From the NCBI GenBank assembly GCA_020440705.1, contig JAGRNP010000001.1, positions 51,787-115,786 on the forward strand: a stretch of 64,000 bases of DNA. The letters run 5' to 3'. Origin of the DNA: a bacterium. GTDB lineage: Bacteria > Krumholzibacteriota > Krumholzibacteriia > LZORAL124-64-63. The stretch's first letter is position 1; the number at the start of each line of letters is the position of its first letter. A program made the translations under genes and the position numbers. Below are positions 1 to 11,725 of this stretch, in pieces. The notes below the pieces were generated by a model, which ran no database searches, was not told the DNA's origin, and was given only the letters and a program-made list of their open reading frames with translations.

Positions 1-1310
1 GCGTTGGCCTTGACCAGGTCGTCGCGCATGGCGCTGGTGCGGATGAACCAGCTCGGCGTCGCGAAGTAGATCAGGGCGTTGTCGCAGCGGTCGTGGAACG
101 GGTAGTCGTGGCTGTAGGTCATGGCCTTCAGCAGCTGGCCCGTCTCCTCGAGGTGCCGGATGATGGCCTTGTCGGCCTGCTTGACGTGCACCCCCGCCCA
201 GGGCGTGACCTCGGCCGTGAAGGCGCCGTTGGCGTCGACCGGCCGGAAGAAGCTCAGGTTCTCCCGCTGCCCCACCTGGTAATCGTCCTCGCCGAAGGCC
301 GGCGCCATGTGCACGATGCCGGTACCGGAATCGAGGGTCACGAAATCGGCCTCGACCACGACGAAGGCGCGCTTGCCCTCGTCCGGGCTGACGAAGGGGA
401 GCAGCTGCTCGTAGCGGCGCCCGAGCAGATCGGCGCCCTTGCAGCGGTCGATGATCTCGGGCTGCTCGTCGCCGTGCAGGCCCTCCAGCACGCCCAGCCG
501 GGCCTCGGCCAGGATCAGCACCTCGCCGCCGAACCGCACGCGCACGTAGTCGAAGTCGGCGCCCACGGCCAGCGCCACGTTCGAGGGCAGGGTCCAGGGC
601 GTGGTGGTCCAGGTGACGAAGAACTCGTCCTCGTCGCCGGCCGGATCGACCGCCTTCAGCTTCACGAAGATGCTCGGGTCGTTCACCGTGCGGTAGCTGT
701 TCGCCATCTCGTTGGCACTGAGCGGAGTGGCGCACACCGGGCAGTAGGGCACGACCTTGTGGCCCTTGTAGAGCATGCCTTCGGCGTGGAAGCGGCTGAG
801 GATCCACCACACGGTCTCGATGTAGTCGTTGTCGTAGGTGATGTAGGGATCGTCGAGGTCGACCCAGTAGCCGAGCAGGGTCGTGAACTCGTCCCAGTCG
901 CCCTTGCAGGTCCAGACGCTCTCGCGGCACCTGTCGTTGAAGGGCCCGAGACCGTACTCCTCGATCGCCTGGGCTCCCTGGATGCCCAGCCCCTTCTCCA
1001 CCGCGCGCTCGACCGGCAGACCATGGGTGTCCCAGCCCGCCTTGCGCAGCACGCGGTGGCCGGTCATGGTCTTGTACCGGCACATGATGTCCTTGCAGAG
1101 GCGCGCCATGACGTGGTGCACGCCGGGCATGCCGTTGGCGGTGGGAGGGCCCTCGTAGAAGACCCAGTCCGGCGCCCCTTCCCGCTGCGCGATGGAGCGG
1201 GCGAAGATGTCGTGCTCCCGCCAGAAGGCGCTGACCGCCGCCTCGGACTCGGCGTCGTGGAATTTGCGCGCCAGGGGCGGATACAGGCTGCTCGGTTGAT
1301 CGCTGGACAT
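1..1310 (-). CDS. ileS: Isoleucyl-tRNA synthetase, type 2 (eukaryote-like). N-terminal part only; the 3' end lies beyond the window start.
   Basis: The minus-strand translation from the ATG at 1310 reads MSSDQPSSLYPPLARKFHDAESEAAVSAFWREHDIFARS...FYEGPPTANGMPGVHHV. Further in (near coordinate 1-140) it reads ...YPFHDRCDNALIYFATPSWFIRTS, the class I IleRS motif of the eukaryote-like type. It is not in the ORF track because it runs off the window edge. Confidence 0.88.
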   Translation of the reverse strand, partial: MSSDQPSSLYPPLARKFHDAESEAAVSAFWREHDIFARSIAQREGAPDWVFYEGPPTANGMPGVHHVMARLCKDIMCRYKTMTGHRVLRKAGWDTHGLPVERAVEKGLGIQGAQAIEEYGLGPFNDRCRESVWTCKGDWDEFTTLLGYWVDLDDPYITYDNDYIETVWWILSRFHAEGMLYKGHKVVPYCPVCATPLSANEMANSYRTVNDPSIFVKLKAVDPAGDEDEFFVTWTTTPWTLPSNVALAVGADFDYVRVRFGGEVLILAEARLGVLEGLHGDEQPEIIDRCKGADLLGRRYEQLLPFVSPDEGKRAFVVVEADFVTLDSGTGIVHMAPAFGEDDYQVGQRENLSFFRPVDANGAFTAEVTPWAGVHVKQADKAIIRHLEETGQLLKAMTYSHDYPFHDRCDNALIYFATPSWFIRTSAMRDDLVKAN

Positions 1311-1369
1311 CGTTCCGTCGCTTTCCGTGGGCGCCGCCGCCGTGGGCGGGCGCCGGGTTCTCCTGGTGG

Positions 1370-2197
1370 CTACAGCTCGACCCGGGCCAGGAAGCCCGTC
1401 ACCAGCGCCTCGAGATGGGGCTGGGCGGCGTTGGCCACCTTGATGATCTGCTGCACGTCGGCCGGATGCAGGTTGTCGGGCAGACAGGCGTCGGTGATGA
1501 CCGACATGCCGATGACGCGCATGCCCCCGTGCACCGCCGCGAGGCACTCGGGCACGCTCGACATGCCCACCGTGTCGGCACCGATGGCGCGCAGGAAGCG
1601 GTACTCGGCGCCGGTCTCGAGATTGGGACCGGCCACGGCCACGTAGACCGCCTTCTTCAGGGGGATGCGGGCCGCGAGGGCGACCTCCTCCATGGTGGCG
1701 ACGAAGGCCCGGTCGTAGGGCTCGGACATGTCGGGGAAGCGCGGGCCGAGCCGGTCGTCGTTGGGACCGATGAGAGGGTTGTCGCCCATCAGGTTGATGT
1801 GGTCGGTGATGACCGTGATGTCGCCCGGCCCCATGAGCGGGTTCATGCCGCCGACGGCGTTGCTCATGAACAGGGCCCCGCAGCCCAGGGCCTTCATCAC
1901 CCGCACCGGCAGCGTGATCTGCTGCATGGTGTAGCCCTCGTAGAAGTGGACGCGCCCCTGCATGGCCATGACCCGGCGGCCGCCCAGGGTGCCCAGGACC
2001 AGGTTGCCCTCGTGGCTGGTCGCCGTCGACTCGACGAAGTGCGGCACCTCGCCGTAGGGGATCGTGCAGGCGGTGTCGATCTTCGCCCCCAGTTCGCCCA
2101 GTCCCGTGCCCAGGATGAGGCCGATCTCCGGGGTGAAATCGGTTCGGGCGCGGATGAAGGCGGCGGCTTCCTCGATCTGGGTCCACATGTCGCTCAC
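1370..2197 (-). CDS. Purine nucleoside phosphorylase (trimeric PNP-I/PunA type)
   Basis: 275 aa, MSDMWTQIEEAAAFIRARTDFTPEIGLILGTGLGELG..., with the PNP/MTAP family glycine-rich loop and overall PNP similarity. GTG start with a GGGAGG RBS 6 nt upstream. Confidence 0.88.
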   Translation of the reverse strand: MSDMWTQIEEAAAFIRARTDFTPEIGLILGTGLGELGAKIDTACTIPYGEVPHFVESTATSHEGNLVLGTLGGRRVMAMQGRVHFYEGYTMQQITLPVRVMKALGCGALFMSNAVGGMNPLMGPGDITVITDHINLMGDNPLIGPNDDRLGPRFPDMSEPYDRAFVATMEEVALAARIPLKKAVYVAVAGPNLETGAEYRFLRAIGADTVGMSSVPECLAAVHGGMRVIGMSVITDACLPDNLHPADVQQIIKVANAAQPHLEALVTGFLARVEL

Positions 2198-2332
2198 GGG
2201 GGGCCTCCCGGGGCCTCAGGGTACGGTTTCTGCCGGACGAGACAAACTAACACGGACCCCGCAGGTGACCAAGGAAAAAGCGGGAATCTGCCGATTCCCG
2301 CCCTTCCGTGCGCTCTATTCCCGAAATCCGGC

Positions 2333-3355
2333 TCAGAAACCCGTCGTGATCGTGAAGGTCTCCTCGGCTTCCTCGAACGGATCCGGGCCGGGCCGGTGGG
2401 GGTCGGACACCACGTCGATGTCCAGGGGCTCCACGGGCGGCCGGAAGGCGTCGTCCGGGCCGTCGCCGGTCTCGGCCAGGGATTCGGAAACGATGTCGGC
2501 GATATTGCCGGCCACGTCGTCCTCGGAGGGGTCGTTGGCCAGAGGCGACGCGGGCGCCGGCTCGTAGGTCGGGTTCGCGGCGGACGCGGCCACCGGAGCC
2601 GCCGCCGGCGCGGCGGTCGCAGCGACAGCCGGGACGACCGGGGCGGCGGGGGCGTTCGGAACGGCGTTCGGGACGGCGTTCTCGCCCACCGCCGGGCTGT
2701 AGTCGCGCCAGATGTCCTGCTCGGTGCTGACCGGAGCCGGGATCGGGGTCGGGGCCACGGCGGCCATCGGCGCGGTGGCCGGATTCGCGGCGGGACGGGG
2801 AGCCGGCTGCGGGGCCGTGCGGACGGCCGTCGCCCCGGCGGCGCCGGCGGTGACCCCGGTCACGACCGTATCGACGATGTCGACGAGGCGCCGGTCGAGG
2901 TCCTCGAAGTCGCTCTTGTGGTTGTCCACGAACTGGATCTGGGCCTCGGCCAGGCTGCGGAACCGCGCCAGGTAGGTTTCCTTCTCCTTGCGCAGACCCA
3001 TGATCTCCCGCCGCAGCTCCTCGGTGCGCAGGCGGCACTCCTCCATGATGCCCTTGGCCTTCATCTGGGCTTCCTGGACGATGAGGTCACCCTCGCGATT
3101 GGCGTTGTCCCGGGTCTCCTGCATGACGCGCTCGGCGGTCATCAGGGTGTCCCGCAGGGTGCGCTCCATCTTCTCGTAGTCCGCGATCCGCTCGTCCTGC
3201 TCGAGAACCCGCTCCCGGATCTGCTTGTTGTCGACCAGGACGGTTTCGTATTCGTCGGCCAGGGTGTTCAGGAAGGCGCGAACCTCGTCGCAGTCGAACC
3301 CGCGCATGGACTTGCTGAATTCCTGCTTGCGGGCGTCAAGGGGCGTGATCCTCAT
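2333..3355 (-). CDS. divIVA: DivIVA-domain cell division protein with a long Pro/Ala-rich low-complexity C-terminal tail
   Basis: An internal ATG (residue 24 of the track ORF) gives MRITPLDARKQEFSKSMRGFDCDEVRAFLNTLADEYE, the canonical DivIVA N-terminus, followed by a coiled-coil region and then a PAAPVVPAVAATAAPAAAP-type tail. Confidence 0.82.
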   Translation of the reverse strand: MRITPLDARKQEFSKSMRGFDCDEVRAFLNTLADEYETVLVDNKQIRERVLEQDERIADYEKMERTLRDTLMTAERVMQETRDNANREGDLIVQEAQMKAKGIMEECRLRTEELRREIMGLRKEKETYLARFRSLAEAQIQFVDNHKSDFEDLDRRLVDIVDTVVTGVTAGAAGATAVRTAPQPAPRPAANPATAPMAAVAPTPIPAPVSTEQDIWRDYSPAVGENAVPNAVPNAPAAPVVPAVAATAAPAAAPVAASAANPTYEPAPASPLANDPSEDDVAGNIADIVSESLAETGDGPDDAFRPPVEPLDIDVVSDPHRPGPDPFEEAEETFTITTGF

Positions 3356-3430
3356 CTTGGCAATCCTCCGGATGGCGGAAGCCGGAAGCTTGCGGAGCGG
3401 GCGCGGCGAGTCCCTCCGACTCACCTGAGA

Positions 3431-3691
3431 TCAAAAACCCGTCCCGGCACCGGCCTGGACAATCAACTTCGTGAGCAGCCTTATCAAGAGCCATGCCACG
3501 ATCGGGGACAGGTCCAGGCCCCGCAGGGGGATCAGGGCCCGGATGGGTCCGAGCACCGGTTCGGTCAGCCGGATCACCCACAGGAGGGCTTCGTTGCGGG
3601 GAAAGGGGTTCACCCAGGACAGGATGACCCGCACGAGGATCAGGAACGAATACACGTTCAACAGGGCGAGGGCGAGGCGGATGAGGTCCAT
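3431..3691 (-). CDS. yggT: YggT family membrane protein
   Basis: 86 aa, ...ILSWVNPFPRNEALLWVIRLTEPVLGPIRALIPLRGLDLSPIVAWLL, the YGGT family signature, with two TM segments. Confidence 0.82.
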   Translation of the reverse strand: MDLIRLALALLNVYSFLILVRVILSWVNPFPRNEALLWVIRLTEPVLGPIRALIPLRGLDLSPIVAWLLIRLLTKLIVQAGAGTGF

Positions 3692-3745
3692 TAAAGACTC
3701 CTTTCCGGACCGGATCTGGCCGCCGGCGGCCGGATTGGACAGGTT

Positions 3746-4468
3746 TCAGGCAGGGCGGGGTCCGAAGATGGCGCTTCCCACCCGGACGATGGTCGCCCCT
3801 TCGGCGATGGCGACCTCGTAGTCGTCGCTCATGCCCATGCTCAGTTCGGGCAGCGGCCGGCCGGTCTGGCGGGCCGCGTCGGCGGCGAGGGTCCGCAAGC
3901 GGGCGAAGGTGCGTCCGAGTTCCGCAGTCTCGGCGTCGAAACGGGCCATGCCCATCAGACCCTGCAGGTCCACCCCGGGCAGGCCCGCCACCGCGCCCAC
4001 CGCGTCGACGACCGTCGCCGGATCCAGGCCGTCCTTCTGCGCCTCGCCCGAGATGTTGACCTCGAGCAGCAGCGCCTGCGCCGTCCCGTCGGCCTCGCAG
4101 CGACGGCTGATCCGGGCCGCCGCCTCGACCGAGTCGACGCCGTGGACCAGGGCGAAGCGTCCCGCCACGCGGGCGGCCTTGTTGCGCTGCAGGTGGCCAA
4201 TGAAGTGCCAGGCCAGTTCGGGCGCGCCCGTCTCCGGCCCGCCGACGGCGGTCCGGACTTCGTCCTGTCGTGCCAGGGCGTCCTGGACCCGGTTCTCGCC
4301 GAAGTCGCGCTGACCGGCGCGGGCGGCCTCCAGCACCAGGGGCAGCGGCACCCGCTTGGACACGGCCACGAGCCGCACCCCGGACGCACAACGGCCTGCG
4401 CGGGCGCAGGCCGTTGCGATGCTCTCGCGCACCGCGGCGAGTCTGTCGGTGACCGTGCCGCCGGTCAC
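3746..4468 (-). CDS. yggS: YggS-family PLP-binding protein (PLP homeostasis protein, alanine-racemase-N fold)
   Basis: 240 aa with the VSKRVPLPLVLEAARAGQRDFGENRVQDA hallmark (GENRVQ) and a C-terminal TIVRVGSAIFG. Confidence 0.88.
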   Translation of the reverse strand: MTGGTVTDRLAAVRESIATACARAGRCASGVRLVAVSKRVPLPLVLEAARAGQRDFGENRVQDALARQDEVRTAVGGPETGAPELAWHFIGHLQRNKAARVAGRFALVHGVDSVEAAARISRRCEADGTAQALLLEVNISGEAQKDGLDPATVVDAVGAVAGLPGVDLQGLMGMARFDAETAELGRTFARLRTLAADAARQTGRPLPELSMGMSDDYEVAIAEGATIVRVGSAIFGPRPA

Positions 4469-4472
4469 GGCG

Positions 4473-5180
4473 CTACCGCCAGCGCAGCAGCATGGTCTTC
4501 GGATCGACCTCGAGCTGGACGTTCGCGATGACCGCGTTGTCGTGCTCCTTGATCAGCTTGACCTTGATGTGGTCGGCCTCGGGGACCAGGTTCACGATGA
4601 CGTCCAGGCGCTCGTCGAAGCGGGCGACCTCGGCCGGCACGCCCCGCGCGTCCGTCTCCTGGCCCTCGCGGTGGGTGTTGGCGCTGGTCCAGATCTCGGC
4701 GCCCCACTTGCCGGCCAGGGTGCGCAGGCCGTCCAGCTCCCAGGACTCGGTCTTGGCGTAGCGCGGCGTCCCGTCCATGATGACCATCTCGGGCACGAAG
4801 CCCATGGCCTCGTCCAGGAAGTCCACGGCCTGCTCCAGCTTCTCGAGGCTGAAGGTGTCCGCGTTGTAGACGTGGATGTGCCGGTTGCGCTCCATGCGCA
4901 GCTGGCGGCGGGGCACGTCGTCCATGTCCAGGGCCTCGGCCATGGCGTGGAAGATCTGCTCGAAGAAGTCGCTGATGTGCTCGACCGACTCCTTGGTCGA
5001 GATGTACAGCACCTTCTTGCGCTGCAGGAGGCGATCGACGGCCAGGCCGATCAGGAAGGCGGTCTTGCCCACGCCCGGACGCGAGAGGACCACGCCCAGG
5101 TTGCCGGCGCCCAGGCCGCCGCCCATGGCGCGCTCGAAGATCCGGACGGGGCTGCGGTCGGTCAGGTGTTTTTCCATCAT
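4473..5180 (-). CDS. RecA-superfamily ATPase, KaiC/RadA-like (COG0467-type), single domain
   Basis: This is the real 235-aa part of the chimeric 878-aa track ORF. It reads MMEKHLTDRSPVRIFERAMGGGLGAGNLGVVLSRPGVGKTAFLIGLAVDRLLQRKKVLYISTKES... with a Walker A GVGKT. GAGGAA RBS upstream. It is 4 nt upstream of yggS on the same strand. Confidence 0.6.
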   Translation of the reverse strand: MMEKHLTDRSPVRIFERAMGGGLGAGNLGVVLSRPGVGKTAFLIGLAVDRLLQRKKVLYISTKESVEHISDFFEQIFHAMAEALDMDDVPRRQLRMERNRHIHVYNADTFSLEKLEQAVDFLDEAMGFVPEMVIMDGTPRYAKTESWELDGLRTLAGKWGAEIWTSANTHREGQETDARGVPAEVARFDERLDVIVNLVPEADHIKVKLIKEHDNAVIANVQLEVDPKTMLLRWR

Positions 5181-5236
5181 GGTTTCCTCGTGGTTGCGTC
5201 CCGGGCCCGCGGGCCCGGAACCCCGGTCCTGCGTGC

Positions 5237-7324
<2,088 letters not shown>

Positions 7325-7591
7325 GGTCCTGTTCCCTTTTTCCGATCCCAAGCGGTGACGGGCCCATTCCCGTCGGGGTGTCGCCCCCGGAGTGAAAACG
7401 CGGAATCTCCGGCATCCGGGCGTACAAAAAAGCCCGTCGCCCTGCTCGACAGGGGCAGGTCAGCGACGTGGCGCGGGGAAAATAGACGCCCCCGGCCCAA
7501 AAAGCAAATGCGACGATTCTTCCCGCGTATTTTTCACGCAACCCTCATGGGCGGCCCGCCGGCCCCGTTCCGACGGGGCCCCGCGACGGGA

Positions 7592-8788
7592 TCAGATGGC
7601 GCCGTGCTTCTTCCCCACCTTGGCGAAGGCCTCTAGGCAGCGGGTGACGTGGTCGTCGGTGTGGGCGGCCGAGGCCTGCAGCCGGATCCGGGCCTGGCCC
7701 CGCGGCACCACCGGGAAGCTGAACCCGATGCAGTAGATGCCCTCGCCGAGCAGGTCGGCGGCCATGCCCTGGGCCATGATCGCGTCGTCGTCGTGCCGGC
7801 GGAAGTGCACCGGGATGATGGCGTGGTCGCCTTCGTCGACGTCGAAGCCCAACTCCCGCAATCCGTTGCGCAGACGCTGCTGGTTGTGCGCCAGCGTCCT
7901 GAGGGGCGTCGGATCTTCCCGCAGGATCTTCAGCACCTCCAGCGCCGCCCCGCAGATCATCATGGGCAGGGAGTTGCTGAACAGGTAGGGCCGGCTCTTC
8001 TGGCGCAGCCACTCGACGATCTCGCGCCGGCCGCTCGTGCAGCCGCCGAGGGCCCCGCCGAGGGCCTTGCCGAAGGTGGTCGTGATGACATCGACGCGGT
8101 CCATGACGCCGAACTTCTCGTGGGTCCCCCGGCCGGTCGCGCCGGTGAATCCGGTGGCATGGCTCTCGTCGACCATGACCATGGCCTCGTATTTTTCGGC
8201 CAGATCACAGATCTCCGGCAGCTTGGCCAGGTGGCCGTCCATGGAGAAGACACCGTCGGTGACGATCATGCGGAAGGCCGCGTCGCTGGCCGCCCGGAGC
8301 TGCTCCTCCAGGTGGTCCATGTCGCTGTGGTTGTAGATGTAGCGCTGCGCCTTGGCCAGCCGCACGCCGTCGATGATCGAGGCGTGGTTGAGCTGGTCGG
8401 TGATGATGGCGCTGTCCTTCTCGAGCAGGGGCTCGAACACGCCGCCGTTGGCGTCGAAGCAGGCGGCGTAGAGGATGGTGTCCTCGGTGCCCAGGAAGGC
8501 GCTCATCTCGGCCTCGAGCTGCTTGTGCAGGGTCGTGGTGCCGCAGATGAACCGCACCGAGCTGAGACCGTAGCCCCAGGTGTCGAGGGCGCGCCGGGCG
8601 GCCGCGGTCACGCGGGGATCCGAGGCCAGGCCCAGGTAGTTGTTGGCGCAGAAGTTCAGCACCTTGCGGCCGCCGACCTGGATCTCCGCCCCCTGGGGCC
8701 CCTCGAGCACGCGCTCTTCCTTGTAGAGTCCCTGTTCGCGGATGGCGTCCAGTTCGCCCCGCAGCACCTCGCCGAATCTGCCGTACAT
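7592..8788 (-). CDS. kbl: Glycine C-acetyltransferase / 2-amino-3-ketobutyrate CoA ligase (class II aminotransferase, AONS family)
   Basis: This is the real 398-aa part of the chimeric 783-aa [63 protein letters not shown]...[10 protein letters not shown]...TFGKALGG is co-linear with E. coli Kbl. GGGAGG RBS. Confidence 0.88.
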   Translation of the reverse strand: MYGRFGEVLRGELDAIREQGLYKEERVLEGPQGAEIQVGGRKVLNFCANNYLGLASDPRVTAAARRALDTWGYGLSSVRFICGTTTLHKQLEAEMSAFLGTEDTILYAACFDANGGVFEPLLEKDSAIITDQLNHASIIDGVRLAKAQRYIYNHSDMDHLEEQLRAASDAAFRMIVTDGVFSMDGHLAKLPEICDLAEKYEAMVMVDESHATGFTGATGRGTHEKFGVMDRVDVITTTFGKALGGALGGCTSGRREIVEWLRQKSRPYLFSNSLPMMICGAALEVLKILREDPTPLRTLAHNQQRLRNGLRELGFDVDEGDHAIIPVHFRRHDDDAIMAQGMAADLLGEGIYCIGFSFPVVPRGQARIRLQASAAHTDDHVTRCLEAFAKVGKKHGAI

Positions 8789-8814
8789 CGTCCGCCTCCC
8801 GGTTGCCGTTCGGT

Positions 8815-9831
8815 CTAGTACTTCTTCGCCATCTCGGCGAGGGTCACGTGGGGCACCTTGTCGGCCCAGCCCGCCTGCCCGAAGGCGATCATGCGCGCCT
8901 TGACGACCTCGGCCATGGCCTCGCGCGCCGGCTTCATGTAGTCCCGCGGATCGAACTTGCCCGGCGACTCGGCGAAGACCTTGCGGATGGCGCCGGTGAT
9001 GGCCAGGCGGTTGTCGGTGTCGACGTTGATCTTGCGCACGCCGTGCTTGATGCCCTTCTGGATGGCCTCGACGGGCACGCCGTAGCTCTCCTTGAGGTCG
9101 CCGCCGTAGTTGTTGATGATCTCGACCAGCTCGCGGGGCACCGAGCTGCTGCCGTGCATGACGAGGTGCGTGTTGGGCAGGCGCCGGTTGATCTCCTCGA
9201 TGACGTCCATCTTCAGCACGTCGCCGGTGGGCTTCTTGGTGAACTTGTAGGCGCCGTGGCTGGTGCCGATGGCCACCGCGAGAGCGTCGCAGCCGGTGTC
9301 GGCCACGAACTGCTCGGCCTCGGCCGGGTCGGTCAGGTGCTCGGCCGCCTCGTCCTCGCTGAGGCCGGCGCCGTGGCCGTCCTCGATGCCGCCGAGGCAG
9401 CCGATCTCGGCCTCGACCGTCACGCCCAGGGCGTGGGCCTTCGCCACCACCTGCTTCGTCACGTCGACGTTGTACTCGTAGGAGGCCGGCGTCTTGCCGT
9501 CCTCCATGAGCGAGCCGTCCATCATGACCGAGGTGAAGCCCTGGTCGATGGCGCTGAAGCAGGTGGCCGGGCTGTTGCCGTGGTCCTGGTGCATGGCGAT
9601 GGGGATGTTCGGGTTCAGCTCGGCGGCGGCGAGCATCAGGTGGCGCAGGTAGTTGTCCTGCGAGTAGGAGCGGGCGCCGCGGCTGGCCTGGACGATGACC
9701 GGGCTGTTGGTCTCGGTGGCCGCCATCATGATGGCCTGGATCTGCTCCATGTTGTTGACGTTGAAGGCGCCGACGCCGTAGTCGTTCTCGGCGGCGTGAT
9801 CGAGCAGGACGCGCATGGGGATCAGCGGCAT
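8815..9831 (-). CDS. fbaA: Fructose-bisphosphate aldolase, class II
   Basis: 338 aa, [50 protein letters not shown]..., a class II FBA with the Zn-ligand histidines conserved. Confidence 0.9.
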   Translation of the reverse strand: MPLIPMRVLLDHAAENDYGVGAFNVNNMEQIQAIMMAATETNSPVIVQASRGARSYSQDNYLRHLMLAAAELNPNIPIAMHQDHGNSPATCFSAIDQGFTSVMMDGSLMEDGKTPASYEYNVDVTKQVVAKAHALGVTVEAEIGCLGGIEDGHGAGLSEDEAAEHLTDPAEAEQFVADTGCDALAVAIGTSHGAYKFTKKPTGDVLKMDVIEEINRRLPNTHLVMHGSSSVPRELVEIINNYGGDLKESYGVPVEAIQKGIKHGVRKINVDTDNRLAITGAIRKVFAESPGKFDPRDYMKPAREAMAEVVKARMIAFGQAGWADKVPHVTLAEMAKKY

Positions 9832-10035
9832 GGGGATTCCTCCGGTTCCAGGCGAAGACGTGGGGTCGGGCCGCCCCGGCGGGGCGGGCGCCTCCGGTCG
9901 TGAAGTTCCCGTCCAAGCTAAACCAAGCCCGGACCGGAATCAATGGGCGGAGGCGGCATTTATCGGATTATTGCGCCCTCGCCGCCGGACGTTATCATGG
10001 GGGCCGTTCCGCCCCCGGCGAAGGAGACCCGACCG

Positions 10036-10923
10036 ATGACCCTCGGCAACACGACGACCCGCACGGCGGCCCTGACGGGCCTGCTGGCGTTCCTGGCGGC
10101 CGGCGGCGCCGCCGCGGCGCCCCTGCCGGTGGTGGTGAGCATCCTGCCCCAGCAGGAGTTCGTGCGCGCCGTCGGCGGCGACGAGGTCACGGTCGACGTG
10201 CTGGTCGGCCCGGGCCACTCCCCCGCCACCTACGAGCCCACCCCGCGGCAGGTGGCCGGCCTCTCGGCGGCGCGCCTGTTCTTCGCGGCGGGCGTGCCCT
10301 TCGAGCGCGGCATCGTGCCGCGCATCGCCGCCATGCCCGACGGTCCGGTCATCGCCGGCGCCCGCGACTTCGGCCCCGCCGCGGCCCGCGGCCACGACGA
10401 CCACGGGCACGACCACGATCACGGCGACGGCCCCGACCCCCACACCTGGCTCGACCCGGTGCAGGCCATGGCCTTCGCGGACACGGTGTGCGCGCGCCTG
10501 ACCGCCGCCCGCCCCGCCGCGGCCGCGGAATTCGCCGCGCGGCGCGACAGCCTGCGGGCCCGCCTCGCCACCCTCGACCGGGAGATCGCCGCCGAACTGG
10601 CGCCGTGGCGCGGCCGCGCGTTCTTCGTCTTCCACCCCGCCTACGGCCACTTCGCCCGGCGCTACGGCCTCGAGCAGGTGGCCGTCGAGCAGGACGGCCA
10701 CGACCCGGGCGCCAGGCAGGTGGCCGCCGTGGTGGCCCGCGCCCGGGCGGCCGGCGCGACGGTGATCGTGGTGCAGCCCCAGTTCTCGCGCCGCACCGCC
10801 GAGGCGATCGCCCGCGAGGTGGGCGCGGAAATCCTTGTCTTGGATCCCCTCGCGGCGGATTATGAGACGAGCCTGCGGCACATCGCCGCGGCCCTGGCGG
10901 CGTCGTTCGCGTCCGCCCGATGA
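10036..10923 (+). CDS. znuA: Zinc ABC transporter substrate-binding protein (ZnuA/TroA family) with a His/Asp-rich metal-binding loop
   Basis: The internal ATG (residue 32 of the track ORF) is preceded by GAAGGAGA at -8. Signal peptide MTLGNTTTRTAALTGLLAFLAAGGAAAA, then a cluster 9 fold with the flexible loop GHDDHGHDHDHGDGPDPH. Confidence 0.85.
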   Translation: MTLGNTTTRTAALTGLLAFLAAGGAAAAPLPVVVSILPQQEFVRAVGGDEVTVDVLVGPGHSPATYEPTPRQVAGLSAARLFFAAGVPFERGIVPRIAAMPDGPVIAGARDFGPAAARGHDDHGHDHDHGDGPDPHTWLDPVQAMAFADTVCARLTAARPAAAAEFAARRDSLRARLATLDREIAAELAPWRGRAFFVFHPAYGHFARRYGLEQVAVEQDGHDPGARQVAAVVARARAAGATVIVVQPQFSRRTAEAIAREVGAEILVLDPLAADYETSLRHIAAALAASFASAR

Positions 10924-10972
10924 AACGTCCGGCCCGGCCGGACCCAATGCGCGGCCCGACCGCGGAGCCCCC

Positions 10973-11725
10973 GTGTCCGACGTCATCTCCTGCCACGACC
11001 TGAGCTTCGGCTACGACGACCGCGTCGTGCTCGACCACGTGGACATCCGCATCCCCGAGGGCGACTTCGTGTGCGTGGTGGGCGCCAACGGCAGCGGCAA
11101 GACGACCCTGCTCAAGCTCGCCCTCGGCCTGCTCGAGCCGACGCGCGGCCGCATCGAGGTCTACGGGCGGGCGCCGCGGCACACCCGGGGACGCATCGGC
11201 TACGTGCCGCAGCACCCGCGGCTCGACCCCCTGTTCCCCGTCTCGGCCCTGGACGTGGTGCTCATGGGCCGCCTCGGCTGCGGCGCCTCCCTGGGCAACT
11301 GGCGCGGCGCCGACCGCGACCGGGCCCGCGCCGCCCTGGCCGAGGTCGGCCTGAGCGACCGCGCCGGCCACCACTTCGCCGCCCTCAGCGGCGGGCAGAA
11401 GCAGCGCGTGCTCATCGCCCGCGCCCTGGCCGCCGACCCGGACCTGCTGCTCCTGGACGAGCCCACCGCCGGCCTCGACGCCCACGTGGAGGAAGGCTTC
11501 TACCGCCTGCTCGAGGAGCTGAACCGCCGGCTGACCATCGTGCTGGTTTCCCACGACCTGGGCTTCGTCTCGGGCTTCGTCAAGAGCGTGGTGTGCGTCG
11601 GGCGCGAAGTGCTCGTGCACCCGACCACCGAGATCACGGGCGAGATCATCGCCGACCTCTACGGCTCGGACATGCGGCTCGTGCGCCACGACCACCGCTG
11701 CAGCGAGGAAGGGCACCGGCATTGA
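10973..11725 (+). CDS. znuC: Zinc ABC transporter ATP-binding protein
   Basis: GTG start (V47 of the track ORF) with GGAG upstream. VSDVISCHDLSFGYDDRVVLDHVDIRIPEGDFVCVVGANGSGKTT...LSGGQKQRVLIARAL...LLLDEP. Confidence 0.85.
   Translation: MSDVISCHDLSFGYDDRVVLDHVDIRIPEGDFVCVVGANGSGKTTLLKLALGLLEPTRGRIEVYGRAPRHTRGRIGYVPQHPRLDPLFPVSALDVVLMGRLGCGASLGNWRGADRDRARAALAEVGLSDRAGHHFAALSGGQKQRVLIARALAADPDLLLLDEPTAGLDAHVEEGFYRLLEELNRRLTIVLVSHDLGFVSGFVKSVVCVGREVLVHPTTEITGEIIADLYGSDMRLVRHDHRCSEEGHRH

Noticed and set aside
93-1646. 517-aa plus-strand ORF at the window start
   Set aside because: It is antisense to a clearly recognisable ileS (type 2 IleRS motifs on the minus strand). Its composition is Arg/Ala/Gly/Val-dominated, as is typical of out-of-frame reading in 70% GC DNA.
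7560-7585. GGCCCCG-ttccga-CGGGGCC hairpin right after the kbl stop, considered as a terminator
   Set aside because: It has no adjacent T-run on either strand. A better candidate (stem plus TTTTTT on the minus strand) lies ~125 nt further downstream at about 7427-7470, but that one too is only moderately convincing, so neither was listed as a feature.
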